64,000 nt of DNA from Azolla caroliniana (taxonomy: Eukaryota; Plantae; Polypodiophyta), in the NCBI GenBank assembly GCA_043228905.1, contig JBHGNT010000007.1:7502001-7566000 (forward strand), read 5' to 3'. The notes below the pieces were generated by a model. That model made no database searches. It was given only the letters and a program-made list of their open reading frames with translations, and was not told the DNA's origin. Below, piece by piece: positions 51,962-64,000 of the stretch (position 1 is the first letter of the stretch; each line of letters starts with the position of its first letter). A program made the position numbers and the translations under genes.

Positions 51962-53607
51962 CCCTCTGTCTCTCTTTACAATAACAACTACAATGATGAT
52001 CTAAAATCTATATATCACATAACAGTGTTGCCCTAGTTATATTTATACTTATATAACTTTGGGACTATTTATAAACATGACCTTAACAGTCACGTCTGAA
52101 CATATTTACTAATATGTTCCTATTTGTTGGTTCATACCGGATCCGGCCGGACTCCTTTCGGATCCATCCGATCCGGTTCCTTCCTTCAGCTCGTCCAGTT
52201 CTCATCCAGAGGAACTGAATTCCCAGCAAAATCCCCCTTCACTCCGGCATGGGATGTCTTGTCAATCCGATCCGTTTCCGGCATATGCCCAACTTCTTTG
52301 CTAACAACACCTTGGTAAGCATGTCCGACCCGTTCTCCTCCGTGTGGATTCTCGTAAGCAAAAACTCTTTATCTTCTACTTTCTCCTGGAGCCAGTGGTA
52401 TCTCCTCTGGATGTGCTTGGTCCGGGAATGGTAGGCCGCGTTCTTCGTGAGGTGGATGACACTTTGACTATTGCAGTAGAGTTGGAAGTCCTCCTGTTGG
52501 ATCCCTAGCTCTCCTATCATCCAGATTACCTCTTTGCCGGCTTCCACAATTGCCATGTACTCTGCTTCCGTTGTCGATAATGCAATGAACTTTTGCAGCC
52601 TCAACTGCCACGATACGACTCCCCCTACATATGTCATAACGTATCCGGATGTAGACTGACTGGTATCTACATCAGCCAACATGTCTGAATCCGTAAAACC
52701 TTCCAGTTGGGGTTTACCTGAGCCGAATCGGAGGCACAAGCTCGAGGTGACTTTTAAGTACTAGACTATTTACTTGACTGATGCCCAATGGTCCCTTCCC
52801 GGATTGCTCATAAACCGGCTTATCACTCCAATTGCATACCCGATGTCCAGTCGTGTACACACCATTGTGTACATCAGACTTCTGACGACAGAGGCATGTG
52901 GTATCTTCATCATCTCCGACTTCTCTACCTTTGTCTTTGGACAGCTTGTAGTTTGCCAGAAGTGTCAACCCGACCGACTTAGCATCCGACACGATGAACC
53001 TTTGAAGCATCTTTGTCACGTACTTCTCCTGTGACAACTAGAACGGCCTCTTCGTCCGGTTCCAGACTATGTGCATCCCCAATATCTATCTCGCCGGACC
53101 TAGATCTTTCATTGAGAAGGTTAGGTTCAAGGCCTTCTTTGGATTTCTGATTTTGATCTGGTCGGTCCAACGATCAACATGTCATCCACATATAGCAGAA
53201 GTATCAAGAAGTCGACTCGTTGAGGATTTCTTCATGAACACGCAGTGGTCAGCCTACGTCTTGTTGTATCCTTGGTCGATCATGAAGGAGTCAAACTTCC
53301 GGTACCATTGCTGGGGAGCTTGGTTCAGACCATATAAGCTCTAAGACTTCTTCAACCGGCATACCAGGTGCTCCTTCCATTTCTTGACAACCCAATCCAG
53401 ACAACCGAGGCAAGGATCTCATCGAAGTCCACTCCTCTCTTCTGTTGGATGCCCTTCACCACAATGCGGTGTCGAGGAAATCCTCGCATGTTCGCGAAAT
53501 GAAGCGGAACCACCAGGGTCGTGGATCGGAAGGATTCAAAGTTTGTACTGGCTTTAGCAAGAAAGTATTTAAGATAGATTGAGAGACAGAGATTCCAATT
53601 ATGAGAC

Positions 53608-53647
<40 letters not shown>

Positions 53648-53810
53648 AACTCTTGACTTCAATTTTGAGAGACAAGATATGGCACCAATAAGATAACTAA
53701 TTGTTGTTATGCTCAACACAGTCCGGATGGATGTCATCTTTACTACCGAGGCAAAGATCTCATCGAAGTCCACTCCTCTCTTCTGCTGGAAGCCCTTCAC
53801 CACGATGCGG

Positions 53811-54656
53811 TGTCGCGGAAATCCTCGCGTGTTCGTGAAATGAAGTGGAACCACTAGGATCCTGGATCGGAAGGATTTGAAGTTTGTACTAGCTTTAGCG
53901 GGAAAGTATTTAAGATAGATTGAGAGACAAAGATTCCAATTATGAGACAGATTGAGAGAGAGAGAGAGAGATTGAACTCTTGACTTCAATTTTGAGAGAT
54001 AAATTATGACACCAATAAGATAACTAGATTTTATTATTGTTTTCTTGATTCAGTAGATAGCTTCTTCTTCTTTTTTATTAATTCCTTGATTCCCCTCTTT
54101 TATAGATGCCCCCATGCATATGATGCATGTCAGGGTGCAAGACATGCATACAATGCATGTTTGCCACTTGGCGCTCATGCTTACATGTGATGCATGATGT
54201 CCATGCCACTCATCGAAGCTCTCATGTATGAGAATTTACATGTGAAGAATATAATGGAAAATACAACTTTAAAAGAAATGACTTGGCTTGGTGGTAAGTC
54301 AATTGTGTTTATGTAGGATTGTCCCTCCTTGCGGGAGAATCGATCAGGAAGCTGAAATGGGATTCGTTTGGCCGAAATCGACCGTAAAGCGGAAATGGGA
54401 TTCGACCGAATGGAAGTTGGCCGAATAGAAGTTCGGACGAATACACACATATATATGTATACATAATCATATATATATATATATATATATATATGAGATA
54501 AGTTAGTATATATATAGAGAGAGTCGTATTAGTTCCATATATATGTGGGATAACTCACTGAGAAAAAAAAACAGTAAGAGATGCACGAAAGTGGACCCTT
54601 CTCGGGTTTCTCCTTTCCACATGATTTTCTCATCGTTATTGAAAATCTTCACGACA
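53811..54656. mobile_element. Solo-LTR-like insertion (846 bp) in the Copia B RT; its left junction is tandemly duplicated (period 341 bp, first copy 53404-53698)
   Basis: TGTCG...CGACA ends; decayed 4-bp TSD GCGG/ACGA; the Copia frame RYKGRIVVKG rejoins across it. Confidence 0.75.
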
Positions 54657-56850
54657 ACGACCTTTGTACCTCGGTGGATTTCTGGCGTCTCCCAGTTTTA
54701 GCTTGTACACCCGTTTATTCCAGAGTGCCCTCTTTCCTTTCAGCAACTCCGTCAGTTCATATGTGTGGTTCTCATGTAGGGAATCCATCTCATCCTACAT
54801 GCCACTTAACCACTTGTGGTTGTGGGTGTCTCTCTTTGCTTCTTCGAAGTTTTCCATCTCCCCCTTGTCGGTCAACAACACATGCTCTGCATTCGGGATA
54901 TCTTCTTCTCTCCCTAAGGGGATATCTTCTTCCTTGGTGCTCAATCACCGGTTCCTCCGTCTGTTCTTCATCCGAATCCGATTCGGGGTCTTGTCTGATT
55001 CTGTTGTCCGATTCTTCTTCAGTCAATTCAGTTTTTTGTCCGAATCCGGCCGGTTCATCATGGTCTTTGGCTGACATCCGACTTCCAACTGGATGTGTCC
55101 TTGCATCTTCCAACTGATTTTTGTCAGTCGACCCGGAGTCCACTATCTTCTTCTCCGACTCCCAATTGGCAATGGTCTTGTCTCGACTCCGGAAAACCTT
55201 CTTGTCGACCAAGTCCCAGACCCGGTAGCCAAACTCATCATCGTCGTATCCAAGGAATATGCATGGTCGGGACTTAGGATCCAATTTCACTCTCTTGTCC
55301 TTTGCAACATGCACGTGGGTGAGACAATCGAACACCTTTAGATGTCGATAAGACATGTCTTTACCGGTTCATACTCTCTGTGGTGTGTCTCCTTCCAATG
55401 GTGTTGAGGGTGATTGGTTTATCACATAGGTTGCCATCATCAACGCCTCAACCCAAAACTTCTTGGAAAATTTAGCATGTGCTAGCATGCTCCAAACTCT
55501 CTCCATCACATTCTAGTTCATCCTTTCGGCCAATCCATTCAGCTCTGATGTCTTCAGCACGGTGAATTCAAGTCATATTCCCTTCGACCGATAGTACTCC
55601 TCGAACTTCCCCCGGTATTCACCTCCATTGTCCGCTCGAATTGCCTTCAACTTTCGTTTGGTTTCCCTTTCCACTCTCGCGTGGAAGTCCTTGAAGACGG
55701 ATAGTACTTGATCCTTCGTCTTCAGCAGTGAAACCCACAACTTCCGATTGTGGTCATCTATGAACGTCACAAAGTACTACGATCCAACATGTGACTTCGT
55801 GTCCACTTGGCATACATTGGTATGCACAAGTTCTAGTGGTGCATTCCGTCTCGATGGTGGTCAGGTTTGAAAAGAGGTTCGGTTTTGCGTACCAGCCAAC
55901 AATCGGTGCACTTCTCAAGCTACACGTCTTTCACCTCCAGAATGAGGTTATCGTCGGCAAGTCTCTACATTCCCTTTTGGCTCATGTGGCACAACCTCTT
56001 GTGCCACAACTCACGGATAGTATCAGATACCACGTACACTTCTTCCCGGCATATACGAGCATGCATCAAGTACATCGTGTTGATCTTCCAGGCTCGGGCC
56101 ACGATCAAGCTTCCTTTGCTAAACTTCATGACTCTGTTCCGGATGTTACCCGTGTAACCTTCGTCATCCAACCTACTAGTTGATATCAGGTTCAACCAAA
56201 CCTCCGGAACGTGTCAGACATCTTTTAGTAACAGCTTGCACCCGGTTGACGTCGTGAGGAACATGTCTCCTATGCCGGCAATTCGGCATGCACCTTCATT
56301 TTGAAGGGATTAACTCCCTTCTAATCGTGAGAAAGACTGACTGTGGAATATACAATATCACAAAAAGACAGAAACACAACGAATACATGAATATACAGTT
56401 TTACATGGAAACCCTAAACGGGGAAAAACACGGGAACAGAGATTCCACTATACACGAGAGTACAGAAACGATTACAATCTTCTTTGATACACACAGATGA
56501 TAACCCGCTTAGGGTTCTTAGCAAGTTCGTTGAACTTTGTTGCCGCTCTCTCTCACGCTCACACACTGTCTCTTCTCGGTCGCGCTACCCTATAGAGGCT
56601 CACACACTATTTTGTTCAACTCATATACGATGTTTGCCCTAAGTGTATTTATACTTATACATTATATGGGCTATTTACAAATGTAGCCACTACTACTATC
56701 ATTACAATAATAGTTATTTAACCGACTAGTTGACTCCAGTGTTGATTGTCCAGTCGGCCCGACTAGTCGGCCTTATCTTCGACCATCCGATCGGCCAAAC
56801 CAATTGTTCATGTTTTCGACTTGGACTCTCCTACTGTCGACTTTCCCTAT

Positions 56851-58606
<1,756 letters not shown>

Positions 58607-61600
58607 TGAAAAGAGAGATGATGATAGAAAAGAGAGAGAAGGAAGATCTAGAAACCCAAATCTACAAAGATATATTAATAAGGAGTGATGATCATAGAAA
58701 CAAGAGAAAGAAGATACATAAACTCAAGCCTACAAGGATCAATTGATCACTAGAAAAACGCACTACATGAATAGGTAAGAAAAACACCACAAGAAAACCA
58801 CGCCCTCTCACCACCTCACTCTTCTTGCTTTATATGAAGTTCTCCTCTAGTAGATAAGTTTCGCTTGCTTTCTTTTCCACGCTTTTTTTAGAGCTTTTCC
58901 ATCTCCTATTCTTAGCTATGACACAACGATCTTCTAATCGTCATATCTCCCTCATCCATGCTCCAAATTTAGAGTTTTAAAAAGCTACGGATAGCTCTCG
59001 TCATAAGCTTTCTAACCCATATTTACACGTGATATTTGGGTGTCAAACGAGAGAGTTATGAGCATTTGTTTCTGACTGCGTTTTGGTGGTTTGCTTTTTC
59101 TCTTTTTAACTTTTCTCCATCTTTATTGCTTTTATTTGGACTTATCCACGAGATGTTAGTTCATGTCCTTGTCCTCCAAATGTGAATGCTCCATACCTTA
59201 TATTTTTGTAGACTTCAATACCTTGAATTCTAAAAACAGTTTCACATTTAGCCCTCCCCCTTGCTTCTTGGTGAACCATTTATGGTGAACCCTAAGCTAC
59301 TAATAAAACTAAAGGTTCTCCTTCGCCTTATTCATGGCTATAGACAAAGAAGGAGATAATAAATAAATAAATAAAAACAAATGATGTGAGTAAAACCCCC
59401 GCTAGTCGGTAGGAAAAACCTCACACTTCTAAACACACACACATACACATTGACAATTGCCATCACCAACTTTCTCCTTGTCAACACAAAGAAAGAGGTT
59501 ACAACAATTAGTATATCTTCATCAACTTTCCAAACAGAAGTAGGTCTATGTGATACATAACTCTTGATAGAAGTAAGCATGTTAACATATGAATAAGTCT
59601 TTCGAGCGAGCGAACCTTTTGTACAAATACCTTCAAAGCTTCGAGACTTGTCAGAATTGTCATATTTTGAATTACGTCGATCTTTGCTTCATCAACATGA
59701 CTTTCTTCTTGGCACACCACATTCTCCAGATTACCTTGTTTTGTATGTATGACCATTTCATCTAGAATCTCATCTTGAAAAGGAAGCAAAAATAAATCTC
59801 GTTTGGTTGAATCATTCAAGGGTTGGAAGTTGACGTCTTTCTCCTTTGGAACAACCACAATAAGTGAGACAAACTTCAAATTCTCCAACTTGATGTGGTG
59901 TTTGATGCCTTCTACTCTTATCTGTGAATAGTCATTTATGAATAACTTTGTAAACTTAAAAAAAAGAGAAATAAACCTTAGATCCTCTTCTCCTTGGACA
60001 TCGTTTGAAATCATCTTCTTTTTCCCCTTTAGGGTGATAATACTTTTCTCTTCAGTGACTTCTTCTTCCTCCTTAGACACCATGTGGAATGATTTGTTTT
60101 CCCTATCCCATGAAGATTCATCAATTATTATGCTTTCCTCTTCTTGATTGCCATTGTCGATAGATGATTCCTTCTCCTTTATACATTTGATTAGTTGTGG
60201 TGGATCCTTTGATGGTGATAAGTTAATGATACTCCAATCATGCATTACAAGTAATTCTCTTTGCTCTTGATCAAATTGTTGTTGAAGAGTTGATGCCCAC
60301 ATAACTTTGTTGCCACTCAATGCAAATCCAAAACACAAATCATGCACGAACACCTTCATACACTGCAACTTGGCACTTACCAATGCTTCCTTACATGCAT
60401 TGATCTCCAAAAGCCAATCTCCAGCTATCACTTCCAGGTTACCTTCTTCATCTTGCAACTCCCTTGTGGGTACTTCACCATCAACAACTTTTTTTGTTAT
60501 ATCTTCCATTTCATCTTGCACATATTCATCATCAACCACCATATCGCTTGTTGTATCAATAATGTCCTCAACATGATGTACATTGGCATCACCATCCATA
60601 ACATCGCTTCTCATAACAATCTCCTTAGATTTGTCTTTCACATCATCATTCTTTATATCATGGTTGTCCTCATGAACTAGATGGGGGGACTCCACATTCA
60701 TCACCTCTTTTTCATTGTCTCTGGAATCACCTTCATAGACATCATTATAACTCCAAAAATTAGAATAATGATATGAGGGAACCTGTTGAATCGGACATTG
60801 CAAGTATGTTGGTTGTTGGCTCATGACCGATCCACAATCATTATAGCTTGGATTTATGGTATATGACATCGATACTCCATATGCTTCACCGAATAACAAC
60901 TTCTTCAATTGTTGATCATAACTTTGACATACTCGAAGCAAATCATGGAAAGACCTTGGGTACTTCATATGCACTTCATATTGAAAATATGGATCTAGCC
61001 CTGCTTTGAATCTTTCCATCTTGAAGTATACATCTTCAACACCTCCAACAAGTCCAATCCAAGTGGACCATATATCCAAAAACGTCTTCTCATACTCGAG
61101 GTAGCACATTGGTGAAACCATACGCAATTGGAAAAGTTCTCTTCGTAGATCTGTCGCATCGCGAACTCCATATCTTGCCATTAGTTTGATGATGAATCGG
61201 TAGATCCAACCATTAATTAGTGGACAACCGTTCCTCCCGTTATACGGAAAGGATCGGCCCTCCCTGGAGCGCCAAAATGAAAAGAGAGATGATGATAGAA
61301 AAGAGAGAGAAGGAAGATCTAGAAACCCAAATCTACAAAGATATATTAATAAGGAGTGATGATCATAGAAACAAGAGAAAGAAGATACATAAACTCAAGC
61401 CTACAAGGATCAATTGATCACTAGAAAAACGCACTACATGAATAGGTAAGAAAAACACCACAAGAAAATAACCCCCTCTCACCACCTCACTCTTCTTGCT
61501 TTATATGAAGTTCTCCTCTAGTAGATAAGTTTCGCTTGCTTTCTTTTCCACGCTTTTTTTAGAGCTTTTCCATCTCCTATTCTTAGCTATGACACAACGA

Positions 61601-61917
61601 TCTTCTAATCGTCATATCTCCCTCATCCATGCTCCAAATTTAGAGTTTTAAAAAGCTACGGATAGCTCTCGTCATAAGCTTTCTAACCCATATTTACACG
61701 TGATATTTGGGTGTCAAACGAGAGAGTTATGAGCATTTGTTTCTGACTGCGTTTTGGTGGTCTGCTTTTTCTCTTTTTAACTTTTCTCCATCTTTATTGC
61801 TTTTATTTGGACTTATCCACGAGATGTTAGTTCATGTCCTTGTCCTCCAAATGTGAATCCTCCATACCTTATATTCTTTTAGTGTCCAATGGCTTGAATT
61901 CTAAAAACAGTTTCACA
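58607..61917 (-). mobile_element. Non-autonomous Gypsy-like LTR element (3.3 kb): LTRs 61278-61917 and 58607-59246
   Basis: 640-bp TG..CA LTRs; same PBS (61258-61274) and PPT (59251-59262) as the TRIM; one internal ORF. Confidence 0.92.
59508..61181 (-). CDS. 557-aa Gag-like ORF with collapsed Gypsy RT remnants
   Basis: Gag-like N-terminus (LRRELFQLRM..ERFKAGL); acidic middle; RT fragments IKHHIKL, SLIVVVPK, NFQPLNDSTKRDLFLLPFQDEILD and VDEAKIDVIQNM; no YxDD, RNase H or integrase. Confidence 0.72.
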   Translation of the reverse strand: MARYGVRDATDLRRELFQLRMVSPMCYLEYEKTFLDIWSTWIGLVGGVEDVYFKMERFKAGLDPYFQYEVHMKYPRSFHDLLRVCQSYDQQLKKLLFGEAYGVSMSYTINPSYNDCGSVMSQQPTYLQCPIQQVPSYHYSNFWSYNDVYEGDSRDNEKEVMNVESPHLVHEDNHDIKNDDVKDKSKEIVMRSDVMDGDANVHHVEDIIDTTSDMVVDDEYVQDEMEDITKKVVDGEVPTRELQDEEGNLEVIAGDWLLEINACKEALVSAKLQCMKVFVHDLCFGFALSGNKVMWASTLQQQFDQEQRELLVMHDWSIINLSPSKDPPQLIKCIKEKESSIDNGNQEEESIIIDESSWDRENKSFHMVSKEEEEVTEEKSIITLKGKKKMISNDVQGEEDLRFISLFFKFTKLFINDYSQIRVEGIKHHIKLENLKFVSLIVVVPKEKDVNFQPLNDSTKRDLFLLPFQDEILDEMVIHTKQGNLENVVCQEESHVDEAKIDVIQNMTILTSLEALKVFVQKVRSLERLIHMLTCLLLSRVMYHIDLLLFGKLMKIY

Positions 61918-64000
61918 CCTATCTTCGACTGTCGGCACTCAGCTCAACTAGTTAGTCGGCTGCTCCTATAGGAGGGACATATTCCTAACAAACTCCCTCT
62001 TCACTCCTATGGGTGGAGTCGGTTAGTCTTGTCCTCTACCTACAGACTCTAAAGTCTATCCATTGGTAGGTTCTTTGTGAGCATGTCGGATCCATTGTCA
62101 TTAGTATGGATCTTCACAAGGGTGAACTCTTCTTCTTCCACTTTCTCCCACAACTAGTGATACCTTCTCTGTATGTGCTTGGTTCGGGAGTGGTACGCAA
62201 CTTTGTTTCCTAGATGTATGGCGCTCTAGTTGTGACAATGAAGCAAGAGCTCCCTTTGCTTCATCCCCAACTCACTGAGGAAATTTCTCATCCAGATTAG
62301 CTCTTTCCTAGCCTCTACCGCTACCATGTACTCTGCCTCCGTGGTCGAGAAAGCCACAGACTTCTGCAATCGTTACTACCACGACACTGCTCCCCCTGCA
62401 TAGGTCGTTACATACCCCGAAGTGGATCGACTTTTGTCTGCATCCCCCGACATGTCCGAGTCGGTAAACCCTTCGAGCATGGGTTTTCCAACACCATACC
62501 TAAGGCACACACCTGAGGTGCCTTTTAAGTACCTAAGTATCCATTTTACTATTGCCCAGTGTTCTTTGCTTGGATTACTAATGTATCAACTTACTGCCCC
62601 CACAACAAATGCTATGTCTAGTCTCATACAAACCATAATATACATTAAACTGTCGACGGTTGAGGCATACAATACTTTCTTCATCTTAGCCTTTTCTTTC
62701 TCCCCTCTCGGGCATTGCTTGGTATTCAACTTGGAGTTGGTTGGCAACACAGAGCCGACTAGCTTTGCCTCCGAGATGGTAAATCTCTCTAGGATCTTCG
62801 TCACGTATTTCTCTTGTGACAACCACAATACTTTCTTAGTTCTATCTCGAACTATGTGCATCCCTAAGATCTGCTTTGCTGGTCCAAGATCTTTCATGGC
62901 AAACGACTTTCCCAGTGCTTCCTTCAGGCTCACGATCCTCTTCGTCTCTTGTCCCACTATCAACATGTCACCCACATATAATAAGAGAATTAGGAAGTCA
63001 CCTTCATCGTACCTTTTAACAAAGACACGGTGATCAACCTGTGTTTTCTAGAACCTATGTTCCACCATGAAGGATTCAAACTTCTTGTACCATTGGCGTG
63101 GACCTTGTTTCAAGCCATACAAGCTTTTCTTCAGTCGACACACCAGCTTCTCTTTTCCCTTCTCCACAAAGCCTTCGGGTTGCTGCATGTAGATTTCATT
63201 ATCCAGCTCCCCGTGCAAGAATGTTGTCTTGACATCCAACTATTCGATCTCCAGATCCATGCTTGCAGCAATGCTCAGAACAATTCGGATGGATGTCATC
63301 TTCATGATTGGTGCAAATATTTCGTCGAAGTCAACACCCTTTTTCTGTTGGAACCCCTTCACCACAATGTGGGCTTTAAATCTGGGTGTGTTGTCCACTT
63401 CTCTAGTCTTCACCTCGTAGACCCATTTGTTTTTGAGTGTTCTCTTACCTTTCAGTAGTTCTACTAAGTCATAGGTATAGTTGTCATGCAAGGAGTCCAT
63501 CTCATCTTGCATTGCATTCTGCCATTTCTCCTTGTGCTTGTCAGCAATGGCTTCTTCATAGCACTCAAGTTCACCTTCATTAGTCAAGAGGATGTATTGA
63601 CTAGCATATGTCGTCGATGCTCTCCTTTCTCTGAGTGGGTATCTTCTTCCACTGGTTGTCGGCTCTAGCTCGAATGTCTCTGCCGACTCCTCTTGGCTTG
63701 GGTTTATATGTGTCGATCGGTCGTTGAGGATTTATTGATTTCGACTCCTAGTCCTGAATCGACTTCCATAATTCCGCTAACTCCGACTCATCTATGTTGG
63801 TCGGGAGCTCCGAGTTGACCGACTCAGATTCGGTTGTGCCGACTGGCTGTCTCCAAGCAGCCGACTGTGTCGGTTCACTTGGCCTTAAGTCAGCGGTAGT
63901 GGGATTTGACTGGGAAGTCGGCGGCAAGCTCAACCAGAGCCGAATCGGCTGAATAAGCTGGAGCCGGTAAGCGAGACGGATCGGGTGAAACGGATCGGTA

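Larger units (their letters stand above)
51087..56341 (-). mobile_element. Decayed Ty1/Copia element B (Tnt1/Tork-like), 3' LTR ~51087-52228, cut at 56342 by Copia C
   Basis: LTR ends CCCAGCA followed by PPT. RH FTDSD, ALSTTEAEY, SRTKHI; RT VVKGFQQKRGVDFDEIF; IN IRADNGGEY and KLDPKSRPCIFLGY; GAG-pre-IN LWHKRLCHMSQKG. Confidence 0.88.

Overview
Land-plant nuclear DNA (spliceosomal GT-AG genes, plant-type Copia/Gypsy/LINE elements, a plastid-derived fragment). A fern or other non-seed plant is a weak guess only. About 70% of the window is nested retroelements. 1-28.9 kb: an RTE-type LINE 3' half abuts an L1/Tx1-like LINE. That L1 is split by a Copia element (5584-22313, TSD ACCCA) carrying four solo LTRs and a very young Gypsy-like element (8824-16144) with a tRNA-Trp PBS and a clear -1 frameshift/pseudoknot signal. 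A second L1 follows. 34.3-47.7 kb: two apparently intact host genes, a 4-exon PA-TM-RING (RMR-type) gene and a 6-exon ARID-HMG gene with a long N-terminal extension, followed by a decayed copy of its exon 5. 50-64 kb: a second nest of L1/Copia/RTE/solo-LTR pieces. The most unusual structure is 56851-61917: two related LTR elements joined tail-to-tail through a chloroplast psbB fragment, with the whole unit flanked by one 5-bp TSD (CCTAT). All coordinates were read by eye and no database searches were run.
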